Positions 25,646-36,400 of a stretch of 64,000 nt of DNA are shown here, piece after piece. This DNA is from a virus, in the IMG/VR virus record IMGVR_UViG_3300025168_000044, positions 1 to 64,000 of that record. One strand, given 5' to 3'. The translations under genes and the position numbers were made by a program. Each line of letters starts with the position of its first letter. Positions within the stretch are counted from its first letter, which is position 1. The notes under the pieces are model-generated. The model was not told the DNA's origin, made no database searches, and saw only the letters and a program-made list of their open reading frames with translations.

Positions 25646-26616
25646 TCATATTCTCGGACAACATCATTTAGCAGGGCTTGTAGATCGTCCAAACACACTG
25701 GTTCGACTTTCCCTCTGACCTTGGCAACCAAGGTGTTTAGCTCTTGCTGGAGCCCTTTCTTGCCACCCATCTCCCGCAGCTGCTCTTGACTCTCAATACC
25801 CTCAAACCGAAAAGACAGGTAGTCAACCGCCTTTTTCGGAGATCGCTTTAGATTTGGGTCCTCACGATCTTTAATACTTTGCAGCCGAGCATCAACCGCT
25901 CCCTGGTCAAAAGGGATATCATCACCTAATACTTGGCCCTCCCCATTGGCTGAATCACTGATTGGATACTCCCCTTCAAACAGCTTGTTTATATCAACCT
26001 CAGACTCAGCTAAAGCCTCTGCAATGTGTGCTTTAAGCGGCCGTTTCTCCCCTTCTCGCACCATGTATTCAACTTTAGGGAACCCATCAAAATTTTCCTG
26101 CTTAATAGTGGTTCTATTAATTTTGATGTCGTACCCAACGTGGTCTTTTGACTCATTCTTAATCTTTGGCCTATCGTATGGGTCTCCCAAATCGGGGTCA
26201 TTCATTAGTACGACTAACCCCTCACGGATCTTTCTTTGATAAATAATCCAGACTCGAATCATTTCTAGGTCGTAGTCCCAAACAACAAAGGCCCAAAACA
26301 ATTTTGAGGTATTGTTCTTTTGCTGTTCCTTTTCAGACATCACCCGCCCATTTAATTGCTCATATTTGTTGTGATTGTCCTGAATTATAGGCTTTATGCG
26401 GTTATCTGGCCTTGGATTCTTTGGGTTTTCTGCCTTAAAGCGATGAGGGCGATCCTTTTCGTCCCCTCTGTAACGCTCCCAAATTTCAAATCCTACAGCC
26501 GCAAGGTTTGGGCTTTCAATTCCTCCCAAAATCCTGATTTTGCTGGCTCCTTCAACTGGCTTAAAAAATTCATCGCTTTTGGTCGGCTCCCGATATTCGT
26601 CTGGTACTAATGGCAT
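25642..26616 (-). CDS. Putative single-stranded DNA-binding protein
   Basis: FFKP.EG..KIRIL, FWAFVVWDY, L..DPD.GDP, YDIKINR, acidic DDIPF. Confidence 0.6.
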   Translation of the reverse strand: MPLVPDEYREPTKSDEFFKPVEGASKIRILGGIESPNLAAVGFEIWERYRGDEKDRPHRFKAENPKNPRPDNRIKPIIQDNHNKYEQLNGRVMSEKEQQKNNTSKLFWAFVVWDYDLEMIRVWIIYQRKIREGLVVLMNDPDLGDPYDRPKIKNESKDHVGYDIKINRTTIKQENFDGFPKVEYMVREGEKRPLKAHIAEALAESEVDINKLFEGEYPISDSANGEGQVLGDDIPFDQGAVDARLQSIKDREDPNLKRSPKKAVDYLSFRFEGIESQEQLREMGGKKGLQQELNTLVAKVRGKVEPVCLDDLQALLNDVVREYE

Positions 26617-26799
26617 AATGGCTTTTGCTTTTTTTGTTATAAACTTTATGAGCTTGAGAGGGGAAAGCCGCAAACAGGTTAGGCAGTAAGCGAAGAGGTT
26701 GGACGCTTACACGGCGGGGCCTTATCCCTTTCGACTACACACATAGACGTAGCGTTGTTTAGGCACAAACAGGATGGTTAGTCCAAGGCCAAAGGATCG

Positions 26800-26985
26800 C
26801 TACATAGTCGTTAGCTTGCTGCTTTTCCCAAAATCAGAATGTACCCACTTTCCTTTAGAGGTGTACTTCAAATATGACTCAACTACTGAGGACAGTGACC
26901 CCCTTAACCCAACTAACTTACTGTTTTGAGCCATCCCGCCATTGATTTCATCAACCAATACTTTGCATTCTTGTAATTCTTTCAT
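26800..26985 (-). CDS. Hypothetical protein
   Basis: ATGA-coupled small ORF. Confidence 0.5.
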   Translation of the reverse strand: MKELQECKVLVDEINGGMAQNSKLVGLRGSLSSVVESYLKYTSKGKWVHSDFGKSSKLTTM

Positions 26986-27173
26986 CTTTTACCCATCACT
27001 GCCTGTAACTGCTGAGACAAGCTGGCTTCTTTCCCCTTTCTTGTTGCCGCTTCCGCCGCTATTGCCCTTTCGGTGCTAAGAATGCGCACTAACGTCTCAA
27101 ACGTCTGCTCTAGGGAATGCAGACGTTGCGATTGCTTTTCAAGGGCATCTAGTAAGGCTTCCTCATTACTCAC
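26982..27173 (-). CDS. Hypothetical coiled-coil protein
   Basis: Coupled to both neighbours. Confidence 0.55.
   Translation of the reverse strand: MSNEEALLDALEKQSQRLHSLEQTFETLVRILSTERAIAAEAATRKGKEASLSQQLQAVMGKR
27024..27050. repeat. 27-bp exact repeat, second copy at 44234-44260
   Basis: GGCTTCTTTCCCCTTTCTTGTTGCCGC at both loci. Confidence 0.95.
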
Positions 27174-27444
27174 TGGACAGCTCCGCTTGGATATTCATCA
27201 TCTCTTTCTGATATCGTTTATTCCACGCGTCCCGCATGTGCTTGGTGTTTTCAAACCTCTTGATCGCAGGCCATTTCTTACAAAACATAAGGATCTTATC
27301 CCTTTCAGGCTTTGTAAAAACAGTGGAAGGCCCGATCTTTTTCCCTTTTGGGATTCTCCCATCCCTACGCCATTTGCGCAGTGTCTGACGCGAGAAACCT
27401 GTTTCTTCTGATAAATCGGCAACTGAATATAGAGTCTGAGACAA
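27166..27444 (-). CDS. MerR/Xis-type HTH protein in the Cro position
   Basis: YSVADLSEETGFSRQTLRKWRRDGRIP; divergent from the repressor. Confidence 0.7.
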   Translation of the reverse strand: MSQTLYSVADLSEETGFSRQTLRKWRRDGRIPKGKKIGPSTVFTKPERDKILMFCKKWPAIKRFENTKHMRDAWNKRYQKEMMNIQAELSSE

Positions 27445-27563
27445 GATCGCCTTGTACTTTATGGCTTAAATGCTAATAGCCTGAGTAATGATTGCGTTGT
27501 TCTCTAATCGTATTGACTATGATCAGAACAAGGCGTATCAGTTATAAAAATTAATTTATACGC

Positions 27564-27592
27564 AAGATATGCTCATGAACCTAGCAAGTCAA
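27564..27592 (-). promoter_or_regulatory. Lytic (PR-like) sigma70 promoter
   Basis: TTGACT, 17-bp spacer, TATCTT on the minus strand. Confidence 0.65.
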
Positions 27593-27660
27593 CAGTAATT
27601 TTAAAAATTGCAACCGTGCTTCAAATACAGACTTGCATTTATATACATTAAAAGGAATTT

Positions 27661-28275
27661 ATGGGTTTTTCTCTTTCAACGAAATGCAGAAGTGGTTTAA
27701 GAAAGGCGTTAAAAGTAGAAGGACATTCGCAAAAAAAGGCAGCTGAGGTAACGGGTTTAAATCCAGAAGATGTAAGTAGGCTGCTAAGTGGTTCTGCAGG
27801 GGTGGGTGCCGAAAGAGGGAAAATTTTGTGCGATTATTACAGTGTTCCACTAGAAATTCGTCTCGAAGACGAAGAAACGACTAATTATACTGAAGTACCT
27901 TTATATGATCGGCCAATTGTCATGAACAACGGGAAAACAAACCTTGTAGAGACTGTTGAACTGCCGGAAGCATGGATGCCAAAAAGCGCAGACTCATCTG
28001 TCGGGTTAGTAAAAATGGTTGGGGATTCAATGGCGCCTACATTTAATGTCGGAGACATTATTGGGGTGCAGTTTGGGAGTGGTTTCATTGCCAATGGCAT
28101 GTATGCATGCCGTGTACATGACACCGTCATGATTGCTAAACTGCAAAGGAAGTTTAATAGCTTCCGTATCATTTTTGATAACCCACAGTACGAGGACCTT
28201 GATTGCAACGATAGCATGAGGGCAGAAGACTTTGAAATTATTGGAAAAGTTAACTACGCCGCTAAATTTTTTTAA
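27661..28275 (+). CDS. CI-like repressor (HTH + S24 peptidase domain)
   Basis: SQKKAAEVTGL....VSRL HTH; GDSMAPTF..GD; IIGKV. Confidence 0.85.
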   Translation: MGFSLSTKCRSGLRKALKVEGHSQKKAAEVTGLNPEDVSRLLSGSAGVGAERGKILCDYYSVPLEIRLEDEETTNYTEVPLYDRPIVMNNGKTNLVETVELPEAWMPKSADSSVGLVKMVGDSMAPTFNVGDIIGVQFGSGFIANGMYACRVHDTVMIAKLQRKFNSFRIIFDNPQYEDLDCNDSMRAEDFEIIGKVNYAAKFF

Positions 28276-28293
28276 CTTAAACTCAGGACGCAC

Positions 28294-29502
28294 ATGCCAC
28301 GGAATCAGGTCCCTTACTTTGTGGAGCGAGGGAGTATCTTCGCACGGTTATATGAGTATCAGGACTCTGGGCAAAGAGCCCCCACAGTAAAAATGTGTTC
28401 AACAGAGCAAAGGGATTTTGATCCGTCAGGCAAACGCCGCACTAAAGCACAGGAGGAAAAGTTTTTGCGGGGGTGTTTAATTGAAGCTACTAAAAAGTTC
28501 ATTGAAAGAAAGGGAGGAGAAAAAAAGACTGAATCAACGAAGTACAGATGGCTCCATGTTGTGCAACTTTTTCTGGATTCTAAAGCACTGACGGATCACA
28601 AGGGGGCCTCTACGCAAAAGGGGTATGCTGTTGCTACCCAGCATTTTTATGATTGTGTTGGAGACATTGACATCTCTGAGATAAAGCTTTTGCACGGGCA
28701 GAAATTTGCCGCTCACTTAATTAAAAGGGATGTGGGGCCGTACACCATCAACAGTTACATTACGCAAGTAAAAGCCGTCTTGAATTGGGCAGAGGAAAAT
28801 GAAATTATCTATAAGGCTCCTAAATTTAAAAAGGTTAGAGAGCCTGAGAAAAAACCGTCTTTTTATTCAATGGAGGCCATTCACAAACTACAAAAGTATA
28901 TAGAAGAGCTCATAAATAGTGACCCCAAATGGAAGGCTGATCGTATGCAGCATCTTCGGGCTATGTTTATGATGTGGGGAACGGGATGCAGGGTAGGAGA
29001 AGCTATGTATTTACCACTGAAGCGCATTAACCTTGAAACAGGCCAAATCTGGATTGCTCCAGTTAAAAACGACTTTGATACGGTTATCTGGCGCCCCAAA
29101 AAAGATATAGAAAGATATTATCCAATGGGCGATAGCCTAATTGAATTTTTGCAAAAAGATTCGGCTCTAAGACCGCCTAAAGAAAAATTTTACCTAGACA
29201 GTGGGTATGGGACTCCACGGTATCGGGCGGCAACCACTCTGGCTCATGCTTTTAAAAAGTATCAGATAAAACTTGGGATCGCTGGCCCCACAGGTAGACG
29301 CCCCAAGGCTAATCACGGCTTTAGAGCTACTACTGCGACCTTAATGTTACGAGGTGGGGTTGACTCCTATGTCGCAATGAAAACCATAGGGCACAAAAAG
29401 ATTTCCACAACTGAACATTATATGAGCGAGGACCTTGATTTACGGAAAAAGGCCATCAATGTTGTTGATCAGCAGTACAAGGATAAAAAAACCGACCCTT
29501 AA
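28294..29502 (+). CDS. int: Tyrosine integrase
   Basis: Catalytic R (TGCRVGE), HGFR, IGH, TTEHY. Confidence 0.93.
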   Translation: MPRNQVPYFVERGSIFARLYEYQDSGQRAPTVKMCSTEQRDFDPSGKRRTKAQEEKFLRGCLIEATKKFIERKGGEKKTESTKYRWLHVVQLFLDSKALTDHKGASTQKGYAVATQHFYDCVGDIDISEIKLLHGQKFAAHLIKRDVGPYTINSYITQVKAVLNWAEENEIIYKAPKFKKVREPEKKPSFYSMEAIHKLQKYIEELINSDPKWKADRMQHLRAMFMMWGTGCRVGEAMYLPLKRINLETGQIWIAPVKNDFDTVIWRPKKDIERYYPMGDSLIEFLQKDSALRPPKEKFYLDSGYGTPRYRAATTLAHAFKKYQIKLGIAGPTGRRPKANHGFRATTATLMLRGGVDSYVAMKTIGHKKISTTEHYMSEDLDLRKKAINVVDQQYKDKKTDP

Positions 29503-29529
29503 ATTTTTGTTTAGGAGATAACCTAGGGC

Positions 29530-29853
29530 ATGATTTTAGAACCACATCCTGGCTTAAAAAACTCGTCAAAGGCCCATCGGTTTAAGAAGTGTCTTGTCGG
29601 CGAACAGTTTGGACGGTGGAAGGTTTTGTTAAGGGCTCCTGACATAGACTATCACATAGTCTACTGGTGCCAATGCCAGTGCGGATTCATTGGCAGAGTA
29701 CAAAAAAGGTCTTTAGCTTCTGGCAAAAGTAGGAGCTGCGGATGTTTAAAAAGTGAACTGAATCGTAAAGAGTTCAAGTTTAGATGGGAAAATGGCTTTC
29801 ATAAAAATGGGAAGCTAACTCCTATAAAAAAAAGTAGCCCAGAATCCGATTGA
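29530..29853 (+). CDS. Stand-alone HNH/AP2-associated Zn domain protein
   Basis: LVGEQFGRWKVL...YWCQCQCG...LASGKSRSCGCL. Confidence 0.65.
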   Translation: MILEPHPGLKNSSKAHRFKKCLVGEQFGRWKVLLRAPDIDYHIVYWCQCQCGFIGRVQKRSLASGKSRSCGCLKSELNRKEFKFRWENGFHKNGKLTPIKKSSPESD

Positions 29854-29884
29854 AAGGTTATCTGAGCGGATCGGGTCCCTGATC

Positions 29885-30262
29885 CTACCGCTTCCAAAAA
29901 CGTGTGATACCCCGTACACCAAATGCTGCTGCCACAACTGTGGCAAACATGGCTTTATACCAATCAGGTACGGCCTCTAAATTTTGAAACCCTACCCGAA
30001 CCAGCTCCTCGCAACCAGGAACCCAGCACAGGATTAGCGGGATTGACAGCACAATAGTCAGGTACTCGTCTTTCCAGCTCGACTCTGAATTCCGCATCGC
30101 CGCCAGATCCCAATCGCTTTCGCTTAAAGATTTTCGCTCAAAAACTCTTGCCTCAGCAATCTTGTAAGCAACTTCTGCTTGTGCCTTGGCTTTGCTTTTT
30201 TCTTGGTGATTGTCGATGAAGCCAGTGGCTAAGTCAAAAACTTTGGGGATCAATGACCACAT
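29885..30262 (-). CDS. Putative holin (3TM/GTA-holin-like)
   Basis: SWKDEYLTIVLSIPLILCWVPG, PDWY, VAAAFGVRG, basic C-terminus. Confidence 0.7.
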   Translation of the reverse strand: MWSLIPKVFDLATGFIDNHQEKSKAKAQAEVAYKIAEARVFERKSLSESDWDLAAMRNSESSWKDEYLTIVLSIPLILCWVPGCEELVRVGFQNLEAVPDWYKAMFATVVAAAFGVRGITRFWKR

Positions 30263-30333
30263 TTTATTACCGATGAAATGCCGATAAATTTAGGAAATTG
30301 CTCTGAGGCTGTCCTAAATGCTGGCCTTGCATA

Positions 30334-30381
30334 TGACTGTTAATCAATGGGTCCCTGGTTCGAGTCCAGGTTGGGGAGCCA
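30334..30381 (+). other. attP core: 3' part of a tRNA-Asn(GTT) gene
   Basis: TGA-CTGTTAA-TCAAT-GGGTC-CCTGG-TTCGAGT-CCAGG-TTGGGGA-G-CCA; no D arm or 5' acceptor strand; 0.8 kb from the integrase. Confidence 0.88.
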
Positions 30382-30385
30382 ACAA

Positions 30386-30398
30386 AATCAGGCACTTA
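30386..30398 (+). promoter_or_regulatory. IHF-binding site next to the attP core
   Basis: AATCAGGCACTTA matches WATCARNNNNTTR. Confidence 0.6.
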
Positions 30399-30486
30399 GC
30401 TACTCTTGAGGGGTGTAAAATTAAAAACCGTGAAAAACCGGCGCAGTAAATATGCGGCCTGAAAGACCGGCCAATCACCGGCAAAA

Positions 30487-33400
30487 TTAATCAGTAATTG
30501 TGGCTGGGAGAGGCCGAGCAGTTCCCAGCAACTTTTCGTACTGTTTCATAATCGCTTTGGTAAAGTATTCGTTCTTTTCCCTTATTCGCTCAATTTTTTC
30601 TTCATCACTTAAATTTTGATTGCCAGCAATTTTTTGTGATTCTCTTACTTGTCGTGATTTTAATTGACCGAGCTTATAGCTTTGCAGTTCAATGTTTCGG
30701 CGTTGAGCATTTAGTGGATCTACACTGTAAAGGTTGGCCCCTGCAAAGGTGCGCCCCAAAGATTGGCCCAGTGTGCGCTTAGGCTGGCCTTCACTGTCTA
30801 CTAAAGTGCTTTCATCATATAACATTGGGATCATCCCTTCTGCTGACAAAGCATCAATGAGCTGCCTGATCACGCCGCCCGTGGAGGGTATGGGCACATC
30901 ACTATCTGAGGTAATATATTTATGTGCCTCATCAATCATGCCTCGCAAAATTGCAGGCTGAAGCTGGTTAGATAACCAAACCGATCTTTGTACATCCTGG
31001 TCTTCTTCTGGCAAATAATCGTCAATGAACTTCCGTTTAGTAAAAGGATCTACACCTGTTCGGTAGCCTGCTACTAGATTCAACAAAAAGCTTTGAAGAA
31101 TACCTGATTGAGCTGCGGCGCTGTCAACATTACCTCGGCTTAATTCTTCTGCCGCTCTGGTATACATGCCCCAAGGGATGTAGTACGTCTGATCAATGAG
31201 TTGAAAGCGGTCCATGCTGTCTTTAAATGGGAACAAGGCCAGCGATGGGTTCTTTTCTGCCCATTCACCTCTAGCTTTTTTGAGCGCCTCGACTGAATCT
31301 TCTTCATCCTCTTCAAACATTTCCTCTATGGTTTGCTTAAAGCCAAACTGTATTATTTTGCTGAGAGTATTAAAGAGCTTGTACTGCCATGCTAGCAACA
31401 GCAAGGATCGACGGCCTACCCCTGCAGGGTCGCGTTTTAAAGCTCTTGGGAAAGTTTCCAGAACCTTAGCAGTATAGGTTATAAAGGCAGCCCCTAGCGG
31501 AGAGGTTCTTGTGGTGCGAACCCACGGGCGCACCAGCGAGTAATCAAACAAAGCATCCTCTGCCAGCCTGACCGCTTCCTCCTCACTTAGCCCCTTTTCT
31601 TCCATTGCATACATGACCACGCTCATCTTATCCATGAACTCCATGTTCTGGTAGATAAAGCCTCCCTTGTCTACAATGTACTTGTTCCAAAGGTTTGCTA
31701 GATGCAGGTAGTAAATTTCGGCTGCAGAAAAGTCCTTGAATTCTTCAATAGGCAGCCCTGTCATTTCTGACAGCTCTCGCTTTTCGGCTGGAGAAAGTTT
31801 ATTCTTTTGCGTCTTGAGCTTGATTTGAAACTCAGCAACTTCCTGCCGAATGCGTTTTAGCTCCTGATTAGAAAACGTCCCAACACCTAAGCCATACTTT
31901 TCAAAAATCTCCTTATACTGCCGGTCTTTTTGATTGGCATCATTACTGAGCAAACTCTGAACAGCTCGGATATTATAGCTTAAAGCATTTACACCCAATT
32001 TCCTTGTGTTGATAGGGAATGGTGGCATTCCTGTGATCACATACATCCAGAGCTTGTTGGAAACAAAGTTCCTAGCCATCGACGGTGGGTTGAGGGCTAC
32101 ACTGAACAGCTTTTGGTAGCGCTGGTACTTTGCCGCAACACTGTCATCGCCAAAAAGAAACTTTGTCATGAAGTCATCTTTGCCTGGCTCAATTTGCGTG
32201 AAGCCTACGATGTCATCATAAATCTCCTGCTTCACCCACATCCCACGAAGAGCCCCATAGCGTTTGTCCTTTGGCATCTTTGCCCAGCCTTCAAAAGCAG
32301 TGGCACTTTCATCAGTGGGTAACCCCATTCGGCCCAATGCTTCTCGCTTGTAGTCATCCATGCGCTTGGTCAGGGTGTAAAGAGCCTGCTGGTACTTTGC
32401 GCTTTTCGTTGGAGCAATCTGGTCTCGGATCCTTTGGGCTTCTTCACTCAGGTAGCTGGCTGTCACATCGTAGCCTCGCATCCCTATAATTGGATCCAAG
32501 ACTTTCAGCATTTCAACCAAGGCAGCTGTTTCTAAATTGTTCGATAGCCATGATGCAGCAGCTCGTTGCTTTTCATTAGCCTGAATGGGTTGTTGTTGAT
32601 CTAATGCCAGCACCACAATTGGTTCCAACCCCTTAGCCCTTCGCTTTAAGCGCCGTTGGTTTCTGAAAGGCCGGTCAGGGTCTGTGCGCTCCAGCTCTGT
32701 TTGGAGGCGAGTAAACTGGCTGCGGATATAGCTCCATAGCTTTTGCTCTGCCAAGGCGGCTTCCACCTGAGCAGGTTGGCCGGTATCAGTTTCCAACATC
32801 GACTGCTGCCCAGCAGAAATTGCTCTTTGGTCATCAACATTCTGAGAAAGTTTAGCGCTGGTCCCAGAAATCCAATCGCCGAAGATATCAAGGACACTGA
32901 GCAAGTTCGATGGGATAATCTGAGGTTCCAACTCATGCAAACGGAGGTTTTGTGATAGCTGAATAGCCTCCTCCTGCGTCATTTGATTTGCATCCAGCAT
33001 CTCATTGATGATCTGTTGCATCTCATCATGGAGACTAAAGCCCGTAAATTGATCCTGCAAAGTCCAGGCAGGGTTTTCTGCCAAAGATTGAAAGTATTCG
33101 AGCAAGGCAATGTCACGGCCCACGGTTCCAACACTTTGAGCTGCTAAGAATGCGGGATCTTTCACAATGCCCAAAATCTCTTGGACTAATAAATCTGTTG
33201 GGTTGTCCCCAGTGAGCTTCCTGCGATTGGTGTAGTTCAACGGTGAGGGCTTGCGGCCAGTGGATAGAACCGCATTGACTTCATCGGGTAGGAGGTACTT
33301 CAAATAAACTTGAGGCAAATACTTGAAGCGATACTTCTCATAGGACTCTTGGGGAATCTGCCCAAGGTCTACCAGCTGCTGCCCTAAGTCATCAATCTCA

Positions 33401-36400
33401 TCTCTGGTCTTGACCGCTATCGCACGATCACTCTCAATGGTCACAGATTCTTCAGGCAACCCCTGCGTCAGCATCTCGTAAATTTCAGTCGGGGTTTCAG
33501 CTGTGCGGATACCATCATAGATTTCCCGCTGAACGCGCTCGGCCTTCTGGATCTTACCTTTTGCCAAATTTCTAAGTGTCAGCAGCTCGTCACGATGCTT
33601 GACATAAGCAAAGGGGTCAACAAAGCCGCTTACCCCGCTGGCAATCCGCTTGATGCGGTAAATCAGCTTGGCTGGGTCAAACAGGTTTTCAAAGAAATTG
33701 ATATTGGTAAATTTTTTACCAAGGCTTTGCTTCTCTTCTTCATTGAGAGGCCGTCTACCTCTGGGTCTGAGGCTAAACAGCTCATCTCGCTTTGTATCAA
33801 TCACTCGGTAATCCTCATTGGTAAAGAGGATCCCACGGTTAATTTCAGGTTCAATCTTTGGAATGGAGGGTAGTGCGTTCAGCTGCGTTTCATATTCGGC
33901 AAATGAAGCCAGATTTGCCGAGTTGGTTTCCGAAACCGTCCTTTTATTTATGCCAACATTGACATCACTGGCAACTGCCTCATAGTTCTTGGCGATCTTG
34001 CCTAGATGGTTTGGATAGCGCTGGTCATAAAATAGCCTTGTGCCTTCTTGAGCACCTGCTGCAGTAAGATTGTTACGAATGGTTTGATCGCCAGAGGATA
34101 AAACTATGCCATCGTAGCCTTCTCGCGCAGCCAGCTTCGTAATGAACTCCAAGCCTCGACGCCACCAGTTTTCCTGCAGAAAGTTTGGAGGCACACCCGA
34201 ATTGTTCCGTTTGTCTTTAATTTCACCTACTTTATCCGACAGAGCCTTAATCTCAGAGTCTGCTGCTGCAAATAAATCAGCTGCTCTTGCATCATATGGT
34301 GCTGCATCATCCTGTCGGCCCATTTCATTGATAATGGCCCTGTTTAATCTGCCAATGTCTTGATTGACAATGGCCCCATTACCATAGACTGCTCTGATTT
34401 GATCCAAAGTTAGTGGATTACTATCCCTCAGCATATGCTGGACAAAATCCTCAGAGTCTACAAATTTGTCAAAGAATGTGCGTATTGTGCGTAGCCGAAA
34501 AACATCCTGCATTTTCGCCACATCCCAAGGGTTCATTCGCTGATACCTTAAAACTTCTTCATCTGTGAGAGGCTTCAAGTTTTCATTCAATTGAAAAAAT
34601 TCATCAGCATCAATTCTGTCACGGCCTTGCTCTACTATAAATCTTCTTTCGCCTTCAATAAAGTTTGGGCCAGACTCTGCCTCATACGGTGCACCCCTAG
34701 TCATTACCGCACTTTGAAAGTACGGGTTACTAAACTCGTAGGAAAACAATTCGGTTAAAATAACATTCGCAGATTTTTCAAATTGTGAATTGCTTGACAA
34801 AGATATGTCCCTTGCAGCAGCAAGTTTCCTGTCTAGTTCGTTTTCGGCATTTTCTCGAGCATTTTGAATATCTTGATCTGAAGGTCTTGGCGCAATTCGG
34901 TTGTCAACATACTCCTGGTACACTTGGCCTAGATTGTTAAAAAGTTCCTGCTGCCTAAGTTTAATAGAAGTTTCCGTTTGGATTTGATCTTCTAACAACT
35001 GTTTGCTTTCTCCAGAACTTAGAGGCTCATTGCCGAATTTTCTTCCTTGCTGGAAACGGTCAGATTGCAGTTGATCCATAAATAAAACTTTTTCACCATC
35101 TGAAGTCCTGCGATCCTGCACCAAAAAGAAGAAAAGCGAATTGGGAACTGGGAAATGGTCCCCTTGGATGGTGTAATCATACTTGGGTTGGTTCTGTTCC
35201 ATATTTTTATGGACAAGCACGATTTGCCGGTAGTTACTGCCCCCAGGTTCCTGACTTAAAACGTACTCTGATTCCGCAGAAGTATGCACAAGCACTTCAG
35301 GGATAGCCGCATTTTTGGCTACTTCTTCCACAACGATGGGCCGGTTGGGGTTGCCATCGACAAACGTCTCTTTATCACCAAACAGCGTTTGCACTTCTTG
35401 CGTAGGGCGGCGGCTCATTGCCACCCGCTTGCTTCGAGCCATGTCAATCAGCCGGTCATACGCGTTCCCTGCTGGCATTCCGTCATAAATGTATTGTTGC
35501 CGGTGTTTGCCTCGGGCCTTGAGGAATTTGCTTTCACTTGCAAAGTCGGCGCGTACCGGCTCAGGGGGCAGATCCTGCAGAACCTCAACGAGCTTGCTTT
35601 CAAACATCGGGCGGTCTACGTTACGCCTTTCGCCGGTCTTTGGATCCGTCACCTTAATGCCAGCAACTAAAGGCTGATCGACAATGTTGCTTGGATCAAA
35701 AGTGCGCCTTAGCGAAAATAATTTTCCTCCTTCGTCAACAGGCTTCGTTAAGTTCCTTTGGTCTGTGGGCAATCCCTTTACAGCATTTTTAGCCAAAACC
35801 AGCGCACCTACCTGAATAACTTCATCAGCGGTATTTAGAGGCATCCCATCAGTTTTGTCATAAAACCAAGAGTACCTATGTGGCTTATACCCAACTTGAG
35901 TCCAAGTGCTACCATCGGCATCACGGTAAGTAGCCTTCCCTAGCGGGTTGTCCATTATGCTGACGGCTTGATTATATAAAGCTTCGGGGTCTTCATTGAC
36001 AAATGTCCCATTGATTAAGGCAAAAGGAGATTTGGCCGCCTCCCCCATTGCTACCTGCAATGCTTTCTTGGCAATGTTGTCAGCTCCAAAAGTCACATCA
36101 GTGATCTTGGCTGCCTTGCCATAGCCTATTGGTGCCCCGCTGCTATCGTGAATTGTTGGGGTGTATACTCCATAAGACTTATAGCTTGGAATGTCTAAAC
36201 GCAGCCCAACGCGAATCCCGTCAATTATAAATTTTGTAAGACCTATAAGACCCTTGTTACCTTTTAGTTTATTGCTATCAAGGGCGTTTACATGGTCGCT
36301 CCAAGGCCGTATGGACGGCGTGCTTTCTAGTGGTACTATTGGGTCAAATTCCCTTACGGCTGCTAAATATTTTTGTTGAGCTGCAAGCATCTTCGCTTCT

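Noticed and set aside
30334-30381. Functional tRNA-Asn gene
   Set aside because: The 5' acceptor strand and D arm are missing; only the attP-type 3' portion is present.
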